64,000 nucleotides of DNA from Alphaproteobacteria bacterium. Its GTDB lineage: Bacteria; Pseudomonadota; Alphaproteobacteria; Caedimonadales; UBA1908. The stretch's first letter is position 1. Each line of letters starts with the position of its first letter. This document shows, piece by piece, positions 32,462-42,332 of the stretch. Made by a program: the position numbers and the translations under genes. Under the pieces are notes generated by a model. That model saw only the letters and a program-made list of their open reading frames with translations, was not told where the DNA came from and ran no database searches. Where the stretch lies: contig JAJTHL010000003.1 in NCBI GenBank assembly GCA_021298595.1, forward strand, positions 713-64,712. Direction: 5' to 3'.

Positions 32462-35400
32462 GGATTTTTACCTCCCTTTTTTTCATAGGTTTATTCTCAA
32501 GCCATTCTTCTAGGGCCTTTGTTAACTGTGGAAAGCGAATGGGTTTATTCAAGTAATCATCCATCCCTGCCGCTAGACATTTTTCGCGATCTCCTACCAG
32601 GGCGTCGGCTGTTAAGGCCACAATGGGAATATGACCTATACTTCTTTCATTTTCATAATCGCGAATCCTCTTTGTTGCCTCAAAACCATCCATTTCTGGC
32701 ATTTGGCAATCCATGAAAATCATGTCATAGCCTCCTGTTTGAAACATCTCGAAGCCAATTCTTCCATTATCTGCAATCTCCACCGTTAGGTCGTGCTTGG
32801 CAAGAATCTTTGTAATAAGCATCTGGTTTACTTTAACATCTTCAACAACCAGCACGCGTCTTCCAGGGTATTTCTTTTTTTCTTTTTGATCACCACCTGT
32901 TAAACTATCAGGATTTTGTAAACGAAGTACTTCCTGTTTAGTTAAAAAGGGTAAAGATCTTTTATGTTCTTTGGCCTCCATCAAAACTTGCAAAAAGGCG
33001 TTGATCTCCTGAGGGTAGAACGGCTTTGAAAAAAAGGCAGCGATGCCCACCTGGTTGAGTGTACTTTGAGATGGCATTTGTGCGGCCGAAAACATCACGA
33101 CCACAAGATCACTCTTAAGGATATCATCTTTTTGGATCTCGGCTGCAAACTCAAGGCCAGACATGTCCTCTAGATAGTAATCAACGATAGCAATATCATA
33201 GGGACTACCACGGTGGTGACTGAGTCGAATTTCGCTCAGCGCTTCTTCTGCACTTTTACACAGATGTGACACAACGCCAAAACGCTCAAGATAGCCCTTC
33301 ATAATTTCGGCATTCACGACGTAATCATCTACAACGATGGCTCGCAGCCCTTTAAGGTCGTAGCCCGTATCTTTGAACTGTGTTTTGCTGGCATTCCCTT
33401 CTTTTAAATTCACCGTAAAGTGGAAAACGGACCCTTGACCTTCAACGCTTGTCACATCCACAGCCCCCCCATCATCTCGATCAAACTTTTGCTGATAGAT
33501 AATCCAAGTCCTGTCCCACCAAATTTGCGAGTTGTCCCTTCCTCCGCCTGTGTAAACTTGCTAAAAATATACGCAATTTTCTCTTGGGGAATCCCAATGC
33601 CCGTATCCTCTACCTGGAAATCTAAACAAAGGATATCGTCTTTTAGTTTCGTTGAGGAAACGGCGATCATCACGTGACCTTTGGTGGTAAACTTTGTCGC
33701 GTTCCCCACAAGATTCAAAAGAATTTGACGCAACCGCACAGGGTCACCTTGCAAAAATTGCGGCACCGAAGGGTCTACGTTAACGAGAAGTTCAATGGCT
33801 TTTTTTTGGGTCTTGAGACGAATGAGATCGGTCAGATCTTCAAGAAGGGTGTAGAGGTTAAAATCAATGTTTTCAAGTTGAAGTTTATCCGCTTCTATCT
33901 TTGAAAGATCTAAAATATCATTGATAATATCAAGAAGATTTTCAGCGGACTTTTGTATAATCAACGCAGTGTTTTTTTGCTCAGGCGTGAGATCCATATC
34001 AAGAAGAAGGGCCGTCATCCCCAACACACCGTTCATGGGGGTCCTGATTTCATGGCTCATGTTAGCTAGAAAGTCACTTTTTGCTTTGTTCGCGTATTCG
34101 GCAAGGTCTTTGGCACGCTTCAGTTCTTTGGCATAGCTTTGAAGTGCCCTTTCCTGAATTTTATGGATTGTCACATCAGTACAATAAATAATGTGAGATT
34201 CTTTTTCTTTTATTAAAATTTTTACAATTTTTAAATCATATGTTTTTTTATATACTTGACCTCCTCTTGGAATGAGGAAATTTTTTGAGGCGTGATTTTC
34301 ACTTTGATAATATTAAGTGCCATTTTGAGCATCGGATGAATTTTGTCTGTATCCATTAAACCTGGAAACAAACTTAATGCACTTGGATTTGCGTAAACCA
34401 CACCTTGGTCTTCCATAATTTGAAAAATCGGCATGGGGTTATTTCTTGGGAAAAGACCAAGACGTTCTATTTCTTGTTTCCAATTTTTAAGACTTCGTAT
34501 GGAGTAGTACCAAGAGAGACTCAAAATAGTGATTGCTGGAATCAAAACATAGAAAGTAGTCATATTTTGATCTTTTATTTGTATAATAGCTTTTTCCAGC
34601 AGAGCAAAGCTTGCCGTCGAATGAAAATCAGACAAGGCGCTGGTGATGTGGTCACGCATGCTCAGAGCGTTATAACCAACATAAATCACAAGGCCAAAAG
34701 ATAATATGAGACTGATGTAAAGAAGTGCTTGGGGAAAGTTGCCAACTTTACCGCGTTTTTTCGCAGCCGCTAGCTGCTTGAGATGTGTGGAAAAGGCAAG
34801 AGAGCATCCCAAACTGAGGGAGGTCATGATTGTGATGGCATACGCAATCTTATCAAAGGATTGATCGGATGCATATCGGCAGTCAGCAAAAGGTACAAAG
34901 ACCGACGCCGCCATGCCAGTATAATGCATCCCGCAGATGGCCGCGCCCATAATGAAAGACGCCCCGACCATGTAAGGAAAGCGTTTAGGTCCTTTAGGAA
35001 TATTAAAGGCAATCATAAGCGCAGTGCCTGACGCGACGATGGCAATCACAACAGAAAGAGCAAACAGTCCTGGTTTGTACAAAAGGGTCGCGTCCATTTG
35101 CATGGCCGCCATGCCGATGTAGTGCATCAGGCAAATGCCTGTCCCCAAGAGGACAGAACTAAGCGCGATGGTTTTAATGGTGGGTGTATTATCACGGATA
35201 ATTTCAAAAACAAAGTACGCCACAGCCATGGCCACAAGGAGTGAAAAAAGTGTGAGCCCAGTATCATAGTGCAAGAGCATCCTCATTTCGAAGGATAACA
35301 TGCCAATAAGATGCATGGACCAAATACCCACCCCAAAAACAAAAGTTCCACACGCGATCATAGTACTTTGTTTTATGATAAGTTTTTTACTTCTGAGATG

Positions 35401-35532
35401 CGTGACAAGATCTAAAGCAAAGTAAGAAGAAATCGTTGCCACAAGGTATGAAAAAACCACCAGGACGATGTCATATGTCCCGTGCTCAGCGTTAGAAGGA
35501 ATACTTTCTATAAAAAAAGAAGTCGTTAACAT
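32451..35532 (-). pseudogene. MHYT-PAS-HisKA-HATPase-REC-REC hybrid kinase split into three ORFs by two 1-bp deletions
   Basis: IWSMHLIGM, MHYIGM, MHYTGM; adding one base at T7 34243-34249 and one at C7 33464-33470 gives a continuous ~1027 aa frame. Confidence 0.85.
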
Positions 35533-35634
35533 GTTTTTTTTAAACGCTTTTTTAAAATATCACTTGAAGTTCTTGCGCCTTATCACCCTGTTACTTTATC
35601 ATCGTATAGTGGAGGCAAGAAAAGGTTTTTAGGA

Positions 35635-36504
35635 ATGCTCGTTAAATCTGTTGACCGAGACGCAGAGAAAATGCTGATGAGAACAGTCAACGAATGTGGT
35701 CGTCTTCCTGCTCAAGAAGGGTTAATCCTTTTCTGCGCTTTTTCAAAGTTACAAGACTTTGTGTCGTCAAAAACTTTGAATGAAACACTCAAAAGCGTCT
35801 TAAGTGATCGGGAGGCGGAATGTTATGTCTGCTCAGATCACGACACATTTATTTATTGGAAATCTTCTGTCAAAGACGAAGAACTTGTTGTCATAAAGAC
35901 CATTCAAGATGATTATGCTCAGGCATTTTCGTCTGTACCTGCTTCTCAGATTTTTCAGGTCTTTGACACACGCTCGCAGTTAGAAGAGTTGCGTTCTTTA
36001 CTTCTTGAAAAAATAGAGTTTTTGACTACAAACACTGCCCCCCAAGACCTGCGTCCTGACATCCCTGTTCTCTCACCTATCCAAAATGTCCTTTTGAAAA
36101 AATCCCAAGAACGTCGCGCCTCAAGGTCTAAAATTGAAATTCTCATTGTGGAAGATCAGGATTTTTCTAGAAAACTCCTCATGGGACTCATGCAAAAAGA
36201 TCATGTGTGTTATGGCGCGAAAAATGCCGCCGAGGCCGTTCAGTATTTTGTAGAGGAAGCTCCTGATATTATTTTCCTCGATATCGAACTTCCCGATCAT
36301 GACGGACACAGTCTTGCCAGACTTTTTAGACAATATGATCCCAGGGCCTTCATTGTCATGGTCACTGGGAATAACTACCAAAAGGACGTAGATCGCGCCA
36401 AAGAAAATGGTGTGAATGGCTTTATTGCCAAGCCTTACAGTAAACAAAGCATCTATAATGCAGTCCAAAGTTTCGTGCAATCACATCTGGTGACCGCGAG
36501 TTAG
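35635..36504 (+). CDS. Response regulator with unknown N-terminal domain and C-terminal REC
   Basis: ILIVEDQ, PDIIFLDIELPD, VMVTG, FIAKPY. Confidence 0.88.
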   Translation: MLVKSVDRDAEKMLMRTVNECGRLPAQEGLILFCAFSKLQDFVSSKTLNETLKSVLSDREAECYVCSDHDTFIYWKSSVKDEELVVIKTIQDDYAQAFSSVPASQIFQVFDTRSQLEELRSLLLEKIEFLTTNTAPQDLRPDIPVLSPIQNVLLKKSQERRASRSKIEILIVEDQDFSRKLLMGLMQKDHVCYGAKNAAEAVQYFVEEAPDIIFLDIELPDHDGHSLARLFRQYDPRAFIVMVTGNNYQKDVDRAKENGVNGFIAKPYSKQSIYNAVQSFVQSHLVTAS

Positions 36505-36512
36505 AAGAAGCT

Positions 36513-36779
36513 TTGTTTCAAGAATTTTTTTCCTCAGCTACTGAGCTTTTGTCTCAACTTTCCCATGCTGTTCAAACAAATAACTCTGATGGATGGAGAA
36601 CGGCCGCCCATGCTTTAAAAGGGACTTCCTATAATCTTGGTGCGAAACTTCTTGGCGACTATTGCAAGACAGCACAAGAGCAAAACAACGCCTCCCGTGA
36701 TGAGAAGCAAGAAATCTTAGAAAATATTAACAGCGAATACGGGCGCGTGCGTGCATATATTAAGGCAGGGGAGTACTAG
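36513..36779 (+). CDS. Hpt phosphotransfer protein (start uncertain)
   Basis: AAHALKGTSYNLGA Hpt signature. Confidence 0.85.
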   Translation: MFQEFFSSATELLSQLSHAVQTNNSDGWRTAAHALKGTSYNLGAKLLGDYCKTAQEQNNASRDEKQEILENINSEYGRVRAYIKAGEY

Positions 36780-36782
36780 TTT

Positions 36783-38669
36783 ATGCTTCATGCATTTTTG
36801 CAAGAACAACTAGCAAAGTCTGGTGCTGACATCACCCCAAGCTCGGTCAACCAACTCTGTGAATTTGTCAGCAAGACCTATGCGCGCCATGAGCAAGAAA
36901 TCGAAGAACTAAAAAACCATCTAAGAAGCACGATTGCCGAACTTTCAGCAGTTATTCACTCTCTTCCCCAAGGCCTTCTGACCGTCGACGAATTTGGGTA
37001 CATCTGTAAAAGCAATGAGGCCGCAACAAACATCCTTAAGGTCCCAGCGTCGCATATCATCGGCGCCAATGTAAGGCAACTTTGGCCCGACTTCGACTTT
37101 AATAGCTTATGCCACAATGGAAACCTTGATGATGATTTGGTTTACAATTACTTTAAAAATCCCGTTCTTTTAACCATGCGTCTTTCAGATCAGACATATC
37201 TCGAAACAGAGGTATGCTTTTCCCCTATTCGCTCAAAACAAACCCACCTCTTTAGTTGCCTTTTTTTTCCAAAAGAAAATAAATCTGATCGTCCAACAAG
37301 GGAGGACTTAAGTCTTACCAAAAGTAACGATCCTCTCACAGGGGCCGCCACACGGTATAAGCTTCTTGCCCACCTCGAGGAACTCCTTGCCAAACCCGAC
37401 GACAAGACCCTGTGCGCCATTATTTTCATAAATATAGATAAGTTTAACGATATCAATGAAAAGCTTGGCTTTAAAATTGGTGACGAGCTTCTGCTTGATG
37501 TCTCTGATAAAATAAAAAAACTCCTTCGCCCCAATGATGTACTCGCTAGGGTTGAAAGTGATGGATTTGTTGTTCTCTTAACTGATGTCAAGGACTTTTC
37601 GTACGCAAGCAAGATTTCGCAACGCCTCCTTGATGCGTTTAAGGATCCCATCCACATTAATGGGAGACGGTTTTCTGTGACTCTCAGTGTCGGTGTGTGT
37701 CCTTTGGTCACAAACCGTGGTTACACCAGCGACGATCTTTTGCAAAATGCGCGCGCTGCAATGAGAGAATCAAAGAAAAACGGTGGCAACAGCATCACCC
37801 TGTTTCAAAATGTTAATCAAAATATCAATAAAGAAAGTGATGAGCTTGAGCGCGAGTTGCGACAGGCCATCGAGCGCGATGATATTATCCTTTATTATCA
37901 ACCCATCGTCGATCTTGCCACAGGTAAGCTTGCAGGATTCGAAGGACTTGCCCGGTGGATCCATCCCCAACGAGGTTTTATACCGCCCGATAAGTTCATT
38001 GGCCTTGCAGAGGATACGAACCTTATCCTGCCCTTGGGTCTTTCCATCATGAAAAGGGCGTGCCAACAGACACTAGCATGGCGAAAAATGTTTCCTTACG
38101 ATATCTTCGTGTCCGTCAATTTATCAGCAAAACAGATTTTGGATAAACAGGCCTGCGATGAGATCATAGAAACATTGGTGGGGGCAAAATTACCCCCGCA
38201 CTCGCTGAAAATAGAATTTACAGAAACAGTAGTCTTAAAGGAACTCGCTCATATTTCTGAGTTTTTTCATACGGTCAACGAATTGGAAATTGATCTATGT
38301 ATTGACGACTTTGGTACAGGATACTCGGCCCTAGATTACATTCACCGCTTTAATTTCGACGTGCTTAAAATTGACAAAAAATTTATTACCGCCATCACAG
38401 ACAACGATAAAGATCTGTGGCTTGTGGGGGGGATCGTTTCCCTTGCTCATAGCCTTGGCCTCAAAGTGGTCGCCGAAGGGGTAGAAACTCAAGAGGAGAT
38501 CCTTAGATTGGTTCCCATGGACGTAGACTATATTCAAGGATATTTTTTTTCAAAACCAATGAAACATGAAGATGCAACACTGCTCTTACAAAACGGCGCG
38601 AGTTTTCCGACGGTATACCTCACACAAAAGCCTGACGAGCCCTCACTTGACTTTATAAGAACGTTCTAA
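36783..38669 (+). CDS. PAS-GGDEF(degenerate)-EAL protein, probable c-di-GMP phosphodiesterase
   Basis: GGDEF site reads ESDGF; EAL motifs intact: EGLARW, VNLS, EFTE, DDFGTGYS, LKID, AEGVE, QGY. Confidence 0.9.
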   Translation: MLHAFLQEQLAKSGADITPSSVNQLCEFVSKTYARHEQEIEELKNHLRSTIAELSAVIHSLPQGLLTVDEFGYICKSNEAATNILKVPASHIIGANVRQLWPDFDFNSLCHNGNLDDDLVYNYFKNPVLLTMRLSDQTYLETEVCFSPIRSKQTHLFSCLFFPKENKSDRPTREDLSLTKSNDPLTGAATRYKLLAHLEELLAKPDDKTLCAIIFINIDKFNDINEKLGFKIGDELLLDVSDKIKKLLRPNDVLARVESDGFVVLLTDVKDFSYASKISQRLLDAFKDPIHINGRRFSVTLSVGVCPLVTNRGYTSDDLLQNARAAMRESKKNGGNSITLFQNVNQNINKESDELERELRQAIERDDIILYYQPIVDLATGKLAGFEGLARWIHPQRGFIPPDKFIGLAEDTNLILPLGLSIMKRACQQTLAWRKMFPYDIFVSVNLSAKQILDKQACDEIIETLVGAKLPPHSLKIEFTETVVLKELAHISEFFHTVNELEIDLCIDDFGTGYSALDYIHRFNFDVLKIDKKFITAITDNDKDLWLVGGIVSLAHSLGLKVVAEGVETQEEILRLVPMDVDYIQGYFFSKPMKHEDATLLLQNGASFPTVYLTQKPDEPSLDFIRTF

Positions 38670-38996
38670 AAGTCATTAATTTTGCCGGAGACTATTTCAT
38701 GACCCATATGATCATGAAAAATCAAAATTATCAGATTTTTAAATAGGAAACATAGCAGTGTTTCAAAAATTCTTAAGGATTTTGCAACCCACTTTAAAGG
38801 GCTTTTCTCCATATTGCCAAAACCCACCTATGTTTACAACGACTTGAAAAACCCGCCACAGGAGATAAATAAAAACCTGGCACCATGAACTCAATTTTTT
38901 GACATCTGTACATACTTCTTTATACGTCCCATTTCTCGATTCGTCTTGTACAGGCGCTCAATTTGTGACATATGCGCAACATTTCAACCCAGAAAA

Positions 38997-39012
38997 TTAA
39001 TCTTTTGTTAAC
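38997..39012 (+). promoter_or_regulatory. CtrA binding box
   Basis: TTAA-tcttttg-TTAAC, exact TTAA-N7-TTAAC consensus, ~70 nt upstream of the OMP start. Confidence 0.65.
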
Positions 39013-39081
39013 TTTTTCACGTACCGATAATCCAGTTTGTGTATGGTGTTTTTGTCTTATTGACTTTTTATGGAGGAATAG

Positions 39082-39729
39082 ATGAAAAAGACATTACTCG
39101 CAGCGACTGCAATGGCAGTTTTGACAACCGCTACAAGCTTTGCCAACTGCGCCCACTCCAACTGGAGCGCTGGTATCCACGCTGGTTGGATGAGCACAAA
39201 GGGTGACATCAAGGCCAACAATACAAAAATTAACGACTCTCGCTACAGCACAGCCCCTGTTGGCATCCACCTTGATTGGACACGTTCCACAGCAAACTCT
39301 TGGTTGTATGGCTTTGGTCTTGCCACTGGCTATGCTTTTGGCAAGCCAACACACAACTTCACATTGACAGGCGTCAACTACAAAGCTCAACTTGACCCAC
39401 GTTGGTATGGTGAGATTAACACACGTCTTGGTTGGAACTTCAACAATGCGTGGTCCTTGTACGGAATTATGTCTGGTCGCGTGATCAACACAAAGTTCTC
39501 TATCAAGACAACAACAGCTCCTACAACAACTCTGGCCGCCCACTCCAAGTCTGTTTGGGGTTTTGGTCTTGGTGCTGGTGCTGACTTTAAAGTTGCAGAG
39601 CGTTGGACACTCGGTGTTAAGTATCGTCACTTCTGGGATCAATCTGTTTCCAAGAAAGTTGGCGCGACCAACTACAAGGCTAAGCTTGGATCACACTCAG
39701 TTGTTGGCGCATTGTCATACAACTTCTAA
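39082..39729 (+). CDS. Outer-membrane beta-barrel protein (Omp25/OmpA-TM-like), copy 1
   Basis: Signal peptide, alternating beta strands, C-terminal YNF, GGAGG RBS. Confidence 0.85.
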   Translation: MKKTLLAATAMAVLTTATSFANCAHSNWSAGIHAGWMSTKGDIKANNTKINDSRYSTAPVGIHLDWTRSTANSWLYGFGLATGYAFGKPTHNFTLTGVNYKAQLDPRWYGEINTRLGWNFNNAWSLYGIMSGRVINTKFSIKTTTAPTTTLAAHSKSVWGFGLGAGADFKVAERWTLGVKYRHFWDQSVSKKVGATNYKAKLGSHSVVGALSYNF

Positions 39730-39743
39730 ACAATATTTTCTTG

Positions 39744-39762
39744 GGAGGGGAATCACCCCTCC
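39744..39762 (+). terminator. Hairpin after OMP copy 1
   Basis: ggagggg-aatca-cccctcc. Confidence 0.55.
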
Positions 39763-39929
39763 TGAGAATTTTCAAGCCCTCTTCTCATCTAGGCATCTGT
39801 GTTCCTTCTTGTCACACTTTTGCCACAGATCTTGCTGAATTTATTCTCTCCAAAGAAAATACCGGACACGCCTCAAAAACGAGGTTAGTGTGATCATGTC
39901 TTTACTGATAATGTATAACGGAGGAATTA

Positions 39930-40595
39930 ATGAAAAAGACATTACTCGCTTCAGCTGCCTTGCTTTCTTTTGCTGGAACTGAATTCGCCTCAGCCAATTG
40001 TGGCATGAACGGATGGAGCGCTGGTATCCATGCGGGATGGATGGGCACAGACGGTGAGCTTAAACTCGGTGGTACTAAACTTAACGATTCAACCTATAGT
40101 TCTGCACCTGTTGGCGTTCATCTAGATTGGACAAGGTCCGCTGCCAACTCTTGGCTCTATGGAATTGGCCTTGCCACAGGTTATGCCTTTGGCACACCTT
40201 CCAATTCATTCGGGACCACAGCCATCACAGGCGCTACCTCTGCAAAGATCGAGCTACGTCCCCGTTGGTATGGCGAACTCAATACACGCCTTGGATGGAA
40301 TTTCCATAACCGTTGGGCGCTTTATGCGATCCTTTCTGGTCGTGTCATGAATGCAAAGTTTAGTGCAAAGCTTTATAACGGCAGCGCAGAAGTTAGTCGC
40401 TCATCTGGCACAGAGTCCGTTTGGGCTTTTGGCTTGGGTGCTGGTGCTGACGCTAAAGTTACAGAGCGCTGGACACTCGGCATTAAGTACCGTTACTTCT
40501 GGGATCAATCTGTGACTGAAGGCTCAGGTGCCACCAGAACAAAGATGGATCTCGGTTCACACACTGTGATCGGTGCTTTGTCCTATAACTTCTAA
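39930..40595 (+). CDS. Outer-membrane beta-barrel protein, copy 2
   Basis: Paralog of 39082..39729 (WSAGIHAGWM, APVGxHLDWTRS, PRWYGExNTRLGWNF, GALSYNF). Confidence 0.85.
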   Translation: MKKTLLASAALLSFAGTEFASANCGMNGWSAGIHAGWMGTDGELKLGGTKLNDSTYSSAPVGVHLDWTRSAANSWLYGIGLATGYAFGTPSNSFGTTAITGATSAKIELRPRWYGELNTRLGWNFHNRWALYAILSGRVMNAKFSAKLYNGSAEVSRSSGTESVWAFGLGAGADAKVTERWTLGIKYRYFWDQSVTEGSGATRTKMDLGSHTVIGALSYNF

Positions 40596-40612
40596 GTTCA
40601 GGACCATACGAA

Positions 40613-40639
40613 AAAAAGGAGGCCAAGCGCCTCCTTTTT
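40613..40639. terminator. Bidirectional intrinsic terminator
   Basis: aaaaaggaggc-caagc-gcctccttttt. Confidence 0.85.
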
Positions 40640-40682
40640 GTTTTCTGATTAAGCGTTTTAGATCCTTAGGATTTCTAGGTTG

Positions 40683-41300
40683 TTAGCACCACGTTGCGTT
40701 CCAGTCTTCTAGTCCTTTGGAACTAAACCGCACGTAGCGCCGAGAAAGCGTCAGATCCCCTGCCCCCTCATTAGCAAGAAGTCCTAGCGCCCTTGTTTCA
40801 AGCTCGTAACCGAGCGCCTCGGGAATGGCTGCACTTTTATGATTGCGATCATCACACAGGATGGTGAGGCGCTTTAACCCTAACACTTGAAACGCATAAA
40901 GAGTCAGGGCGGCAGCTCCCTCACGGCAGAATCCCTTTCCCTGTGCACTTGCCCGGCACCAGTAACCAATATGGGCAGATGGCACGTCCCAGTTGAGACC
41001 GTTAATCCCACAAGAGCCTACATAGTGACCTTTATGAAAAAGCGCAAAGTTGAGTTTTTCCCTAAGGATAAAACCTGCATAAAATTCTCTTGCTGTTTTT
41101 TCTGTATCTTCCCAAGACCTAACTTTGTGCACCCATGGAAGCCATTTGCCAAGGGTTTCGCGCGTTTTCTCAATGGCCGCGAAAATCTCTTTTCCATCAC
41201 CTGGCATCACAGGCCGTATCACTAAACGTTGCGTCTTGATGGATAGGGGTAAATCTAGTAAAAGCCCAGAAAACTGATCCATCACAATCTGTAAAATCAA
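40683..41300 (-). CDS. RimJ/RimL-type GNAT acetyltransferase
   Basis: TQRLVIRP, WLPW, IGYW, QGKG, NHKSAAIPEALGY. Confidence 0.88.
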   Translation of the reverse strand: MILQIVMDQFSGLLLDLPLSIKTQRLVIRPVMPGDGKEIFAAIEKTRETLGKWLPWVHKVRSWEDTEKTAREFYAGFILREKLNFALFHKGHYVGSCGINGLNWDVPSAHIGYWCRASAQGKGFCREGAAALTLYAFQVLGLKRLTILCDDRNHKSAAIPEALGYELETRALGLLANEGAGDLTLSRRYVRFSSKGLEDWNATWC

Positions 41301-41396
41301 AAAGTCTTGGGGAGACTATGAATAAATAACGTTGAAGTAAATGCCACTTAAGCTTTTTTAGTGGTGGAATGACATTTTGCGGAGTGTGAACCGCGT

Positions 41397-42323
41397 TTAA
41401 TCCTGGGGGAGTTTATATCCTTCATGGGGAGACTTGTGAAGGAAATCTCCTGGACTTATCTCCACATCCGCTAAGACAGACTGTAAGGCTTTCAAACTCC
41501 GTTGCGCTTCTTTCATGGCTGCCGCGACGGACGGCAGACCTTCACCTGTAAAATCTTTAAAGGCACCTCTGTTTTCGCTTAAAAGCCCGTCAAGCGTTGC
41601 CGCCGTCTTATCCAGTGATTTCGACGCCTCCCCAAAAGCTTTGACCGATGGACCCCATCCACTCACTTGCTTTTCCAGTGACTGCAACGACTCTCGCAGT
41701 TGCCTAAAGCCCAGGCGCGCCTCCTTTACAAACGTTTGTACACGCTCTGGACCTTGGGATAAATCTTTAGAAAGGCGCGAGATATTCTCGAGTGTCTGTC
41801 CAATGGCTGTAATATTGTGGTCATCAAGAACACGGTTCAGTCTAGCCGATAGGTCATAGACATTTTTAAGAATGTGCGGAAGTTCGCTAAAGATCATCTC
41901 GACGCCTGACGCCTGAGAGTTGATGATGGGATAACGCTTTCCTGGTTTTACTTTTAAGGGGGGTTTTTCTTTGGAGCCCCCCTTAATTTGAATGTAGCTA
42001 TATCCCGTGATCCCTTGCGCTTCGATGGTGGCGACAGCGTCTTCACGAACAAGCTCGGGATTATCCACCGTTATTTTGACAACGATTTGCTCGATATCTT
42101 TGGGATCGACGTAGATTTTTTTTACTTTGCCGATGGGAAGGCCGTGGAACTTCACACTTTCATTTTCACGAAGTCCTGACACAGATCCCTTAAAGTAAAT
42201 GAGATAGTTTTGCGCGTCTTGATTGAAGTCTACCTTTGAAATCCACATGATAAAAAGGAGCACCCCAACCGCCAGAGCGAGGATAAAACTGCCAACAGCA
42301 ATGTAACTTGCACGCGTTTCCAT
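41397..42323 (-). CDS. mlaD: MCE/MlaD family protein
   Basis: METRASYIAVGSF, GSVSGL, GLPIGKV, QGITG. Confidence 0.88.
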   Translation of the reverse strand: METRASYIAVGSFILALAVGVLLFIMWISKVDFNQDAQNYLIYFKGSVSGLRENESVKFHGLPIGKVKKIYVDPKDIEQIVVKITVDNPELVREDAVATIEAQGITGYSYIQIKGGSKEKPPLKVKPGKRYPIINSQASGVEMIFSELPHILKNVYDLSARLNRVLDDHNITAIGQTLENISRLSKDLSQGPERVQTFVKEARLGFRQLRESLQSLEKQVSGWGPSVKAFGEASKSLDKTAATLDGLLSENRGAFKDFTGEGLPSVAAAMKEAQRSLKALQSVLADVEISPGDFLHKSPHEGYKLPQD

Positions 42324-42332
42324 TTTTCTATT

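Noticed and set aside
39094-39642. 182 aa antisense ORF over OMP copy 1
   Set aside because: Explained by codon bias of a highly expressed gene; no RBS or protein-like features
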